From Desulfatiglandales bacterium (lineage in GTDB: Bacteria > Desulfobacterota > DSM-4660 > Desulfatiglandales > Desulfatiglandaceae): a stretch of DNA of 64,000 nucleotides. Made by a program: the position numbers and the translations under genes. Positions within the stretch are counted from its first letter, which is position 1, and each line of letters begins with the position of its first letter. Shown one piece after another: positions 11,381 through 21,659 of this stretch. The stretch spans positions 1,024,001-1,088,000 of the forward strand of contig OY759599.1 of NCBI GenBank assembly GCA_963662465.1, given 5' to 3'. The notes under the pieces were generated by a model that saw only the letters and a program-made list of their open reading frames with translations, was not told the origin of the DNA and made no database searches.

Positions 11381-11488
11381 ACTTGAGCTGGCTGGAGAAA
11401 ATCGATATTGAAACGGTAAATCACGATACCATTTTGAGCAGCCCGGACTCCCTGGATATGATCGCTCAGGAGCTCAATCATGCATTTT
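11381..11488 (+). repeat. 108-bp direct repeat, copy 2 (orphan copy of the NRPS 3' end, reading ...IAQELNHAFS-stop)
   Basis: Matches 9621-9728 and is followed by TCC TGA in the NRPS-equivalent frame. Confidence 0.95.
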
Positions 11489-11512
11489 CCTGATTTGCAG
11501 AATTTATCATCC

Positions 11513-11926
11513 ATGAAACAGAAACGTTTCCCCGCGGAGGCATCCCGCCTCAGGGAGATGATTCAGTTCATCAAGAAAGAATTATTGAGACTGGGGGTCC
11601 GGGACGATATCGGAAAACAGGTGCAGGTCATCGCGGAAGAAATCATTACAAACATTATCAACCACGGTTACGGCGGACAAAATGGCCTGAAGTCAGAGCA
11701 AACCATCCTGATCACCATCGCCCTCGATGAACAGAAACAGTTGCACCTGGAATTTATGGACCAGGGGAAGCATTTCAATATCACCGAGATGCGCGCGGAA
11801 CCGATGACGGAACCCCGGATCGGCGGATTGGGCGTATTTCTCATTCAGCGCCTGGCCGATGAATTATCTTATCGAAGGGAAAACGAAAACAATGTCCTCC
11901 AGGTGGTATTGAGAGATGTTCTCTAG
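11513..11926 (+). CDS. Anti-sigma factor / Ser-Thr kinase, RsbW-like (HATPase_c)
   Basis: EEIITNIINHGY, DQGKHFN, GGLGVFLI motifs. ATG 11513 preferred because the ORF-track start lies in the repeat. Confidence 0.88.
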   Translation: MKQKRFPAEASRLREMIQFIKKELLRLGVRDDIGKQVQVIAEEIITNIINHGYGGQNGLKSEQTILITIALDEQKQLHLEFMDQGKHFNITEMRAEPMTEPRIGGLGVFLIQRLADELSYRRENENNVLQVVLRDVL

Positions 11927-14099
11927 CAAAATGAATTTCCAAAAGAAAATACTGCTGGCGCTGCTGGTCCTGATATCGGGTCTTTTTGTGGCCTACCTGG
12001 CGGTGAACCTGATCCTGAATAACAAACAGAAAAAGGCTGGCGAGGTTTTATATGGGGATTATACCGATTATCTCACCCGGACTCTGGAGGCCGACAACCT
12101 GGAAAATGAAGCGGTATTTCTTCGGACCATCGCTGATTACGGCGTGTCGATCCTGAAAGAACCCAAAAATGATGTGGTACACGCTCAAATAGAGCTGGGA
12201 AAGTTCCTGGCCAGGTTCCGGAACAGTGTCTTTCTGACCGAGGAAGGAAGATCGGAAATCACCAAACGATATCTGGTTTTCGGACAACAGGCCCAGGGAG
12301 ATTCGAATGCGGACCAATACATGGTTTGGAACATGGCCGATTCCGCTGATGACAGACCGGACATCATTAAGGACGCGTTGTTTTTCACCTTGAACAGCCT
12401 GAAAATTTTAAAGCAGTCCAACAGCAGAATGATCAAATCGGTTTTCATCTATGACTCCGATGCCGCCTGCGTTGTCTATCCCGCTGGAAACCGGCGGTCG
12501 GCGCCTTCCCCTGGTGAACTGTTCCAAAGGTTTGATCAGGGTGCTTCCGAAAGCCCGCGGGAACAGAGACTGGAATATCTGAACAGCAACGGCGACCTTG
12601 TTATGGGCACACGGTTTTTCAGTCAGGGGGAACCGCGCTATGACTTCATCATCGGCGCCGTCATTGATTACCGGTATCTGGAGGAAAATATTTGTGCCTA
12701 TGCCTGGAAATGCAATGTGGACGCAACGATCTTGATCGACAGCAGGGGCAAGGTCATTTCCTGCAACTATCGTACTGTCATTCCGGAACTAACAGGCATG
12801 GAGGGCCGTTATCTCTCCGTCGATCCCGAAGGAAAGCCTGATCTGGGAATCGTTGACCCGGATTTACTCGGCAAAAATACCGAAGGCTTTTTCTCATTCG
12901 TATTACGGGGCAAGGAATTCTATGCGGCTTTTGCCAGTTCGCCGCGTTCGAACTGGAAGCTCTTGTTTGTTACGAGCACCGAAGAGGTTGATTCGCGTCT
13001 CGCGGCCATAAAAAAGCGTCTCCAAAAAACCCATTCCCGCTACCTGAATTCCCTGGAAGAGATGATGTTTCACAACCAGCTGGTATTATTGGTTGTCTTG
13101 GGAATCGTTTTTGTTTTCTTTCTGGTCATGAGCCTCTCCATTTCCAGGCGGCTGACGCGGTCCCTGGCCATATTGAACAACGGTGTAGATAGAATCAGCA
13201 GCGGTGACCTCCGTCACCGAATACCCGTTTTGAAAACCGGGGACGAAATTGAAAAGCTGATTTCGGCTTTCAACACCATGGTGGACCGAATCAACCGCTA
13301 TATTCAAGACCTCGCGGAAAGCATTCGGGCCAGGCAGGCGGTGGAATCCGACATCAAAATCGCGGCGGAGATTCAAGCCTCCATGCTCCCCCATCAATTG
13401 GATCTCGAAAACGCCACCAATGAGATCGGCCTTGAAGTGGCATCCTCCTTGATGCCATCGAAGCACATCGCCGGTGATTTTTATGATTATTTTCTGATCG
13501 ACGATAACCGGTTGTTTTTCGCAATTGGTGATGTGTCCGGCAAAGGTGTTCCCGCATCGCTTTTCATGGTGATGATTAGGACCCTGTTAAAAAAGGACGT
13601 CCTTGATCAGAAGGCTCCGCTGATAGACATATTGTACAATCTCAACACCGCTATCGCCCGGGACAATTATTCCTGCACGTTTGTGACGCTCTTCTGCGGT
13701 ATTCTGGATTTGACGACGGGCCGGATCGATTATGTGATCGCCGGTCACGACATGCCGATCATTGTTCGTGCCCGGGAAAACCGGGTAGAGTGTCCCGCGT
13801 CGCCCCGGCAAAGTACCATTCTGGGCGCCGTGGAAGAGGGGGTGCGGCTGGCGGAGGGAGGATTCAACCTGGAAACCAGCGACATGTTGGTTCTCTATAC
13901 CGACGGCGTTACGGAAGCCATGGACGAGAATAACAACCTGTGGGGACGGGATCGTCTGGTGGAAACCGTATCGGAGCATGCCACTGTTTCCGCCGAAAAC
14001 CTGATGGAGGTTATCAAAACCGGGATTGATGCCCATGCAGGGAAATCCGCGGGGCAGCATGACGATATCACCATTCTGGTTTTGAAACGGACCCGTTAG
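11916..14099 (+). CDS. Membrane sensor phosphatase, SpoIIE/RsbU-like (extracytoplasmic domain, HAMP, PP2C)
   Basis: Two TM segments, HAMP (GDEIEKL), GDFYD, IGDVSGKG, LYTDGVTEA, DDITIL. Confidence 0.93.
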   Translation: MFSSKMNFQKKILLALLVLISGLFVAYLAVNLILNNKQKKAGEVLYGDYTDYLTRTLEADNLENEAVFLRTIADYGVSILKEPKNDVVHAQIELGKFLARFRNSVFLTEEGRSEITKRYLVFGQQAQGDSNADQYMVWNMADSADDRPDIIKDALFFTLNSLKILKQSNSRMIKSVFIYDSDAACVVYPAGNRRSAPSPGELFQRFDQGASESPREQRLEYLNSNGDLVMGTRFFSQGEPRYDFIIGAVIDYRYLEENICAYAWKCNVDATILIDSRGKVISCNYRTVIPELTGMEGRYLSVDPEGKPDLGIVDPDLLGKNTEGFFSFVLRGKEFYAAFASSPRSNWKLLFVTSTEEVDSRLAAIKKRLQKTHSRYLNSLEEMMFHNQLVLLVVLGIVFVFFLVMSLSISRRLTRSLAILNNGVDRISSGDLRHRIPVLKTGDEIEKLISAFNTMVDRINRYIQDLAESIRARQAVESDIKIAAEIQASMLPHQLDLENATNEIGLEVASSLMPSKHIAGDFYDYFLIDDNRLFFAIGDVSGKGVPASLFMVMIRTLLKKDVLDQKAPLIDILYNLNTAIARDNYSCTFVTLFCGILDLTTGRIDYVIAGHDMPIIVRARENRVECPASPRQSTILGAVEEGVRLAEGGFNLETSDMLVLYTDGVTEAMDENNNLWGRDRLVETVSEHATVSAENLMEVIKTGIDAHAGKSAGQHDDITILVLKRTR

Positions 14100-14192
14100 A
14101 CGGCCTGTTTATGGAAACGGTTTTTTTGGGTGAGTCCTTAACATGGCACTGGGTTTCTCAGTGCGGGATAATAACTTGGAGGAAAATCTTAA

Positions 14193-14495
14193 ATGTCTTT
14201 TTCAATCAAGGAAGACGGTCGAAAAGTAGTCGTCGAAGTAACCGGTGAGTTTGACGCCATTCTGGCAAAAGAGGTTCAGAACGCACTGGAGAACTTGCGG
14301 GATCGGGAGATTGACGCGGTCGCGTTTGATTTTAAGAACACCACCCACATCGCCAGCTCCGGGCTTCGCGTGATCATTTTTGCCCGGGAGAGAATCAAGC
14401 CGGGAATACAGGTCTCTATCGTAGAGGCCCGGGATATCGTCCTGGATGTTATTAAGATGAGCGGCATCGATTCCTTCGTTACGCTGGTGGAATAG
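14193..14495 (+). CDS. STAS-domain anti-anti-sigma factor (RsbV-like)
   Basis: GEFDA, HIASSGLR phospho-Ser motif; GGAGG RBS. Confidence 0.9.
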   Translation: MSFSIKEDGRKVVVEVTGEFDAILAKEVQNALENLRDREIDAVAFDFKNTTHIASSGLRVIIFARERIKPGIQVSIVEARDIVLDVIKMSGIDSFVTLVE

Positions 14496-14658
14496 CAGCT
14501 CGACGGCTGTCTCAGTATCATGGGATAAATATTTGAACAGGGACAGACACGATCTATTCCTGTTCTTCCTCTTTCTTTCATGCCGTAGGGCATTTGCGTC
14601 TGAGCCCTTTGAAGCCTGCTTCGCCGGGCCGTTTCCAGTGTTGGGATATCGTGCATCG

Positions 14659-17600
14659 TTACTCTTGAATCAAAGCCAGAAGTTCCTCCGCGGATATTTT
14701 CCCGCTCAAGTCACTCCCCGCGAGCAGGTTGTCGGCCAGCTTTCGTTTGCGGCGATGCATTTGTACGATTTTTTCTTCCACCGTTCCCCGGGTCATCAGG
14801 CGATAAATGGTCACGGGCCTTCGCTGACCGATCCGATGGGCGCGATCCGATGCCTGATCCTCCACCGCCGGGTTCCACCAGGGATCCAGGTGAATCACAT
14901 AATCCGCGGCCGTCAGATTCAACCCCAGGCCTCCGGCTTTAAGACTGATCAAAAAGAGATCGCCATCTCCCGACTGAAAGCCGTGGATTTCCTTTTCTCT
15001 CTGGGGAGCGGGCGTGCCGCCGTCCAGGTAGCGGTAGTTGATGCGGACTTCATCCAGATATTTTCGAACAATGGCGAGATGCCCCACAAACTGGCTGAAA
15101 ACGAGGGCCTTGTGCCCACCGGCGATGAGCTCCTCTGTAATCTCGGAGAAGCGCGCCAGTTTGCTGCCGGCAATGGAGATCTCCGGGTTGACAAGCGTAC
15201 TGTGACAGCATGCCTGGCGCAGTTTTGTGATCTCCGCCAGTATTTTGAGATGCTTTTGGCCGCCATGGCGTTCATCATCTCCGGAGAGTCGCTCCAGCGC
15301 CTGTTGACGCAGGGCCTCATAAAAGGCCGTTTCCTCCCGGCTCAAATCGATTTCCAGCACAATCTCCGTGCGGGGGGGCAGCTCCTCCAGAACCTGGGCT
15401 TTGGTCCGGCGCAGGATAAACGGCTGAATCAGCCGCTTCAGGTCTTTTCCAGCCTGGGTATCCCCCTCTTTTTCAATGGGGATGGCAAAGGTCTTGTTGA
15501 AATGCTCCTGGGAGCCCAAAAGGCCGGGATTGATAAACTGAAAAAGATTCCACAATTCACCCAGGTGATTTTCAATGGGCGTTCCGGTGAGAATCAGCTT
15601 GAATGCACCGGTCAGCGCCATGGCGGCCCGGGATCTTTTTGTGGCGAAATTTTTGATGGCCTGGGCTTCATCCAAGACCACCATTTGCCAGGAGATTTCA
15701 GACAACATGGCGGCCACTTTTTTTTGTTGCATCAGGCCGTAACTACAGATGAGCACGTCAAAGCTGCCCGCATCTTCCAAAATCTTCCTTCGGTTGCTTT
15801 TGCCGAATAAAATGGGGTTCAGGGAAGGGGCAAAGCGGTTGGTTTCGGCAACCCAGTTGGCACAGACCGAAGTGGGAGCAATCACCAGTGAGGCGCCTTG
15901 CGGCGCGTGCTTTATGAGCATGGCCAGAGCCTGCATGGTTTTACCAATTCCCATGTCATCAGCCAGGCAGGCTCCCACGCCCCACGCGGACAAACAATTC
16001 ATCCAGTTGACCCCCTGCAGCTGATAATCACGCAATTCGGCGTTGAGGGTGGATGGGGCCGCCAACAGGGGATGGACCTGGCTTTGAAGTTTTGTAATGT
16101 GCGTTTTCCATGCCTTGTTGCTCCGCACGCTGTCGACTTCCTGAAAAAAGCCCTCTAAGGCAAAGGCCGCCAGGGGGTGGAACCGTACCCCTTTTCCATC
16201 TCTCACCGAATATCGTTCAAGGGCCTGAAGTCGTTTTCGAAATAGGTTGGTCAATGCAACGAATCGGTCCGGCTGGATTTCAATGAATCGGGTGGGACTG
16301 TTTTCAAGATATTCCAAAAGGCTGGTCATCTCCAGGGTCAAGTGTTCATCCACCACCACCTGCCCGGTTACGGCAAACCAGTCCTCTCCCCCGCTGATGT
16401 TGAGCCGGCAATGGTTAAAGGAGACTTGCCCCAGCAATTCAAAGGGTTTACCTTCCGGCCACTCCAGAACGATCCCTTCGGTTTCCGCCTGGACGCCCAG
16501 GTCCTGCATCAGCTCCAGTGCGTCTTCCACCACTGGGAAATACCACTCCCCCTGATTCTCTTCCCCGGCCGCAAGGGTCGGGCATTCATTGATCAACCGA
16601 TCCGTCCGCTTCCTTTCGGTTTCAAGGTCCCGGGTGGTTTTCATCTGAGTGCCGTTTACCCGGGAGATGACATTTTTTCCCTTTCCGCCGGGGGGATAGG
16701 CGGGCCCCGCTTCACCCAGGGGACGCACCGCCATGGACAGTTTCAATCCCCTTCCCAGGGGGGAGAGCTGCACATGCAGCGTTGAATCCGGTGGTACCTC
16801 TGAAACAATGTCACTGCCCCCTTCGATATCCGAGTGGATGGTGATATCCTTTGCCAGCGCATCGATCACCTGAACAATTTTATCTTTTGCGGATGTCGGA
16901 AATGAGGCTTCGCTCCCCAGAATATCGGCAATGGCCTGATATTTTGCGTCCGGTGATACCAGCTTGATTCGGGTGGGCGTCTCCTGTACCACCACATGGT
17001 TTCCCGCGAAATGACGTATGGGTTTGGGGGACAGGACAAAGGTAAAGCGGTCTTTTCCCGTTTTTGAAATGGTGAGTTCCGGTTTTCCATGAACCAGCTC
17101 CATTCGGGTGGCGCCATCGCTTGAAAAGAGATGGGGGTGCCCCACAACATCGGGCATATAATCGTCGTCAAAAATATATTCCACATTGGTGTAAAACCCA
17201 TCTTTGTAACTGTGTTCATAGATATGCCCGCAAATGTTCTTGTCCTGTTCCGTCAGGTAGGGAAATGTTCTGATCTCATTGCACAGCCGTTTCAAGGCGA
17301 TGGGACGACCTTTTGTCCAAACGCCCTTTGCATTTCTCTTCTGCTCCCTGGGGCTGATCTCACATTCGCCGTTATTGTGATAGGAAAGGAACCAGACCAT
17401 GCGTTGATCGTATTCTTTTTCGTGCGCTTTGACCCGCTTTTGGCAGGATGATCCGTCATTCAGGGCGAGCAGTGCATTCAGTGTATGCTCCCAGATTTGG
17501 GTCTCCCGGATGAGGTCCAGCAGGCAGGAAGTCGGCGTATTTTTGCCGGGTTGGGTCCCGGTTTTGGATAAACTTTGGACCAGGTGCTCAAGTTCTCCGG

Positions 17601-18882
17601 CAAACCAGATATATTGATTCTCTTTGGCAATTTTATGGAGTCTCTTGATGTTTTCAAGTTCTTTTTTGGCCTCTTCCCGATCCACCCAATAATAGCCAAA
17701 TAAGGTGAAAAAATTGGAGGTCAGTCCCGTGGTATCACTATAGGAACTGATCCAGACATAATGGCTGAGAATTTTATCCGCCCCCCTGGTATTGCCCCGA
17801 AGATAATCCAGAAGCCCGCCCAATACCTCAAATATGGTTTCAAAAGCGTATTCCTGACGCATTCCCATTGCCAGACACGTTCCGGCTTTTAGAAAGGTTT
17901 CATCACGCCCTTCCTTGATCAGGGCCAGGATATAAAACAAGCCCCCTAAACCGCTGAAAAAAACCTTCTCTTTGCCGTTTGTCTTTTTATTGAGCAGACC
18001 CAATGCCTTTTCATAAAATGTGATGGCCTGGGCCGTCTCCCCCTGACAAAAGGCCATCCACCCCTGAAGACACAAACTGTTTTCAAGGTGTTCGCTGTTT
18101 TTCCCATATTTTTCAAGCCATATGTTCAATCGATCCTGTTGACCGGTGAGCATCCATTTTTCCAACACCGCCGCCGCCAGATCCGGTTCACATTTTTGAG
18201 ACCCTTCCATGACAAGGGATTCCAGATAATCACCACGGGAATCACTTTGGCGCCAGCATGCGATATCATTTTGATAAGATTCTCCCAGAAGGCTTGTATG
18301 GATATCGGGCGGTAAGCGTCGAAACCAGACGGGATCAAAGGGATTGCAGCAGATCTGTTCCCACACCCTGGGAAGCGTCTCTTTGTCGGAAACCCGGGTT
18401 ATAAACCTTTTATAAAGCCCAATGGCCTTAGGCACCTTGTCCTGATAATAAAAAATCCGCATGCCGGCCACCAATTGATCCATGGACAGAAAGGGTTTCT
18501 GTGAAAAGCCCGCTTCCGTAAAATTCAGTATTCGCTGGAGGGTGCCGACCATGGCGGTAAATTTTTTGTCCGCGGCCATGTGCCGGGTCAGAACTTCAAC
18601 GTAACCCCGGTTCACCAGAAGGACGCTGCGGCTTTTTCCATTTAATAGATCGCCTTTCAGAAGCGTATCCAGTGGCCCGCGAAGGCGCTTGAACATGGCG
18701 TTTTTTGTGCCGGAATCAAAGTGCTGCCCGTCTTCCGTCTTGATGTCAAGGGCGACCAAACAGGCCAGTAACTGTGTCTGGGTCAATTTGGCATAGGCGA
18801 TGGAAAGAATTTGCAGAATCTTTTTTTCGAGAAACGGCAGAGCAGTGTATTCTTCTATAATAGTTGGCGTTTTTATCGACAT
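14659..18882 (-). CDS. SNF2/SWI2-family helicase with long N-terminal region
   Basis: LRDYQ, LADDMGIGKT, LDEAQAIKN, LTGTPIEN, SLKAGGLGLNL, QASDRAHRIGQ. Confidence 0.95.
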   Translation of the reverse strand: MSIKTPTIIEEYTALPFLEKKILQILSIAYAKLTQTQLLACLVALDIKTEDGQHFDSGTKNAMFKRLRGPLDTLLKGDLLNGKSRSVLLVNRGYVEVLTRHMAADKKFTAMVGTLQRILNFTEAGFSQKPFLSMDQLVAGMRIFYYQDKVPKAIGLYKRFITRVSDKETLPRVWEQICCNPFDPVWFRRLPPDIHTSLLGESYQNDIACWRQSDSRGDYLESLVMEGSQKCEPDLAAAVLEKWMLTGQQDRLNIWLEKYGKNSEHLENSLCLQGWMAFCQGETAQAITFYEKALGLLNKKTNGKEKVFFSGLGGLFYILALIKEGRDETFLKAGTCLAMGMRQEYAFETIFEVLGGLLDYLRGNTRGADKILSHYVWISSYSDTTGLTSNFFTLFGYYWVDREEAKKELENIKRLHKIAKENQYIWFAGELEHLVQSLSKTGTQPGKNTPTSCLLDLIRETQIWEHTLNALLALNDGSSCQKRVKAHEKEYDQRMVWFLSYHNNGECEISPREQKRNAKGVWTKGRPIALKRLCNEIRTFPYLTEQDKNICGHIYEHSYKDGFYTNVEYIFDDDYMPDVVGHPHLFSSDGATRMELVHGKPELTISKTGKDRFTFVLSPKPIRHFAGNHVVVQETPTRIKLVSPDAKYQAIADILGSEASFPTSAKDKIVQVIDALAKDITIHSDIEGGSDIVSEVPPDSTLHVQLSPLGRGLKLSMAVRPLGEAGPAYPPGGKGKNVISRVNGTQMKTTRDLETERKRTDRLINECPTLAAGEENQGEWYFPVVEDALELMQDLGVQAETEGIVLEWPEGKPFELLGQVSFNHCRLNISGGEDWFAVTGQVVVDEHLTLEMTSLLEYLENSPTRFIEIQPDRFVALTNLFRKRLQALERYSVRDGKGVRFHPLAAFALEGFFQEVDSVRSNKAWKTHITKLQSQVHPLLAAPSTLNAELRDYQLQGVNWMNCLSAWGVGACLADDMGIGKTMQALAMLIKHAPQGASLVIAPTSVCANWVAETNRFAPSLNPILFGKSNRRKILEDAGSFDVLICSYGLMQQKKVAAMLSEISWQMVVLDEAQAIKNFATKRSRAAMALTGAFKLILTGTPIENHLGELWNLFQFINPGLLGSQEHFNKTFAIPIEKEGDTQAGKDLKRLIQPFILRRTKAQVLEELPPRTEIVLEIDLSREETAFYEALRQQALERLSGDDERHGGQKHLKILAEITKLRQACCHSTLVNPEISIAGSKLARFSEITEELIAGGHKALVFSQFVGHLAIVRKYLDEVRINYRYLDGGTPAPQREKEIHGFQSGDGDLFLISLKAGGLGLNLTAADYVIHLDPWWNPAVEDQASDRAHRIGQRRPVTIYRLMTRGTVEEKIVQMHRRKRKLADNLLAGSDLSGKISAEELLALIQE

Positions 18883-19091
18883 GGGCGTTTTGTTCCTTTT
18901 TTTTTGATCGCAAGTTACAATCGTTGTCTCTTGATTTTGAAAAACATCTTATCCTATCGGTGCATTGCAATCAAGAAGGGTGACGGGGTGTCTTTTGCGG
19001 TGAAAGGGCGTGCGGAATATGGTATTGTTGTCCCCCTTAATGGATTCCAAAACATACGCACATCTGCCCATGCATCGATCCGTGGACCCGG

Positions 19092-19313
19092 TTCTGCGGT
19101 ATTCTGGATTTAACGACGGGCCGGATCGATTATGTGATCGCCGGTCACGACATGCCGATCATTGTTCGTGCCCGGGAAAACCGCATTGAGTGTCCCGCGT
19201 CGCCCCGGCAAAGTACCGTGCTGGGGGCCGTGGAAGAGGGGGTGCAGCTGGGGGAGGGAGCATTCGAGCTCAAAACCAGCGACATGTTGGTTCTCGATAC
19301 CGACGGCGTTACG
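19092..19313 (+). pseudogene. 222-bp diverged internal fragment of the SpoIIE phosphatase gene (copy of 13692-13913)
   Basis: Hand alignment gives about 207/222 identical; lacks the gene's start and end. Confidence 0.92.
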
Positions 19314-19332
19314 TTGGCTAAGGTAAAATAAC

Positions 19333-19392
19333 TGCAGCGCGACTTCAGTCCCACAAAAAAACGGGCACTGTGCGTCTAAAGTCGCACCTACA
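19333..19392. repeat. Degenerate inverted REP pair (same family as the MITE-internal REP, GTAGGTGCGACTTCAGTCGCAC)
   Basis: gcgacttcagtcccac ... gtgcgtctaaagtcgcacctac. Confidence 0.75.
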
Positions 19393-19452
19393 GCACGGGA
19401 TGAAACGCCGTTGGAGACAATGTCACGTTGGTTCGCGAAACGCCGGGAAGAT

Positions 19453-20979
19453 CTATCCGCTGGTATAAAAAACGGCAATGAGATAAACCTTGTAGAGATT
19501 GCCGCCATATTCCACCGTTTCCGTCACATTATCCCAGTCAACGGTTTCAATGGCCTTCCCCAGGGTGTAGGAATGGAGGAGATCGTCATCCTGCATCTGG
19601 CCGTAACCCGGAATAGATGACGTGGTGATGTAGTCCCCGGGCTCGATGGGGCCGTTGATGTTGCTGACCCAGACCCGACCTTCCCCCAGAGCGTTTATCG
19701 CGCCGAAACGTTCACCCGGTTCCGACGCATACCAGTGTTCCCTGGGAAGGGGGCCCTCGAAAACCACGGCCCCCATAACGGCCTTGTCTTTTGGTTTGGC
19801 GGAAAGCGTAACGGTCGGCAGGGTGGCGGAAAGGGATATTTCACCGTCTTTCTGTCTTCTGATTTCTGTTTTCCCGGTGACGGAAACAATCATTCCAGGT
19901 AGAATTTGCGCATCCAGTTCCTCTGAAAATTTTGCGTCATGGGCACCCGTAAATGACCCGTAGTTGGTGCCTTCTCCGTCAGCATAAAAATCATAGGCCT
20001 TTTTCCCTCCCGCCCCGTAAACACCCGTGCCAAAATCACTGGTTGCAATACCTCGAACCCCCCAGGCTGTAAGGCCTCCTGCAACACCGCAAACACCCGT
20101 GCCGTGATCAACAGTTGTAGTACCGTAAACGCCATAACCGGCGAAGCCTTCAGCCTTCCCGTAAACGCCATAGTTTGTTGTTAATCCCTGTTTGGTTGCA
20201 ATACCATAGACACCGATGCCCTCTTCTCCATGAGCCTCAAATTTACCGCCGTAATTTTCAACTTCCCCAGTGTTATGGGCAATACCATGAACACCGATGC
20301 CCTTTCCTCCATAGGCCTCAAATTTGCCGCCATAGTTAGAGGCATTACTATCCTCATTTGCGGCTACCCCATGGAACGCCATGCTGCTGGCCCCAGTGGC
20401 CGTACTCTTAACACCCCTGCTGGAACTGCCCGTGGTTACAGCGTATACGCCTATGCCGGTTTTTCCGTAAGCCGCAAAGGAACCACCCTTGTTGGTTACA
20501 TCTCCCTCGTTACTCGCCTCGCCGTAAACCGCTGCGCCGGAACTGCCGCTGGCCTTCCCGTATAACCCGCGGCCCACACCTCCGCTGGCTTCGCCGTATA
20601 CAGCAATACCATTCGTACCGCTGGCGAATCCGTGGACGCCGTGGCCTTCGGTTGCATTGGAACTGCCGTAAACCCCCCTGCCGTTAGTGCCGTCGCCCCT
20701 GGCGTAGACGCCCCAGCTGTAGTCGCCGTCCGTGTAAGCGTAAATCGCCCTGCCGATGCCGACTCTAAAAAAACCCGCATAACCAAACGTAGAATTGTTG
20801 TTTATACTGCTGATAATTGCGCCATTATGATCTAATCCTGTGACATTTCCGCTCAACCGCAAGGAGCCGGCGTTATCGGTAGTGGTGATGCCACCAGGTT
20901 CAATCTTCATTTCAGCATTTGATTCGGCGAAAAACAGAAAAAATGTCATGACGACAGCAACAATAATAGATTTTTTCAC
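19453..20979 (-). CDS. Exported Gly-rich repeat (beta-helix/fibre-like) protein with a C-terminal autoprocessing-chaperone-like domain
   Basis: GTG start 20979 after GAGGAGG; signal peptide (KKSIIVAVVMTFFLFFAESNA); many GVYG repeats; SFTGAH...ALGEGRVWV...GDYITTS...GQMQDDD tail. Confidence 0.7.
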   Translation of the reverse strand: MKKSIIVAVVMTFFLFFAESNAEMKIEPGGITTTDNAGSLRLSGNVTGLDHNGAIISSINNNSTFGYAGFFRVGIGRAIYAYTDGDYSWGVYARGDGTNGRGVYGSSNATEGHGVHGFASGTNGIAVYGEASGGVGRGLYGKASGSSGAAVYGEASNEGDVTNKGGSFAAYGKTGIGVYAVTTGSSSRGVKSTATGASSMAFHGVAANEDSNASNYGGKFEAYGGKGIGVHGIAHNTGEVENYGGKFEAHGEEGIGVYGIATKQGLTTNYGVYGKAEGFAGYGVYGTTTVDHGTGVCGVAGGLTAWGVRGIATSDFGTGVYGAGGKKAYDFYADGEGTNYGSFTGAHDAKFSEELDAQILPGMIVSVTGKTEIRRQKDGEISLSATLPTVTLSAKPKDKAVMGAVVFEGPLPREHWYASEPGERFGAINALGEGRVWVSNINGPIEPGDYITTSSIPGYGQMQDDDLLHSYTLGKAIETVDWDNVTETVEYGGNLYKVYLIAVFYTSG

Positions 20980-21132
20980 AGATTTTACCTCCTCATTTTT
21001 CAATTGGATTTTATCAGGGTTTAGAATTCTCCGGCATAAAGATGGAAATCCCAGCCCGCCCATTTGCACCCGTGTATAGCATATTGAAACGCCTGAGTCA
21101 CCTTCAAAACCCATCAGAATGTTCGGGTTTGA

Positions 21133-21420
21133 TCATTGTTCCGTCGCCGCGTGATAAACGGCCTCAACCCTTTTCAGAAACCGATCGGAATAAAGCCCGG
21201 TGGCGGATGAAAGGATAAAACCGCCATCGCGGTTCAGCAGACGCATTCGTTCCCTGAATGAGGAAAAATCCCGGGACGACAGCGCTTCGCTTTCCAGTAG
21301 CTCGCCTTCAATTCCTCCCATTAAACGGCCAGCGGGTATTGACATTCCTCGAATCGCCTGACGGGAAATTGTTTGAGAAGTAGGGACGGATCATCGACGT
21401 CGCGCAGTTCGAGGCCATGC
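21133..21420 (-). pseudogene. C-terminal fragment resembling the uroporphyrinogen-decarboxylase family
   Basis: MGGI...GGFILSSATGL ending; no intact 5' part. Confidence 0.4.
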
Positions 21421-21659
21421 GGCAATTTAGGGCACTTAAAGAGGGATTTCTCCCCGACTCGACAGCCGGGTACGATTTCGCATATCTGCGCATTCAGAGC
21501 GACTCCCCGGGGATAACGATTGAGGGTCACGACGGGGGTTATCCCGGTTCCACAACCTGAGTGGTGTACTGGATCGAGGGCGATACCTATATTTCGTTTA
21601 ACCTCAACGGCAGCGGGAGAAACGCGCTCGCCTCGTTCCTCATCCCGATCATCGAGTAT

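Noticed and set aside
14533..15810. 425-aa plus-strand ORF and other long antisense ORFs (e.g. 4598-6307, 3377-4573, 47964-48680)
   Set aside because: They are shadows of well-supported genes on the opposite strand and show no motifs.
13692..19313. Diversity-generating retroelement template/variable repeat pair (also considered for 9621/11381)
   Set aside because: Mismatches are not adenine-specific and there is no reverse transcriptase in the window.
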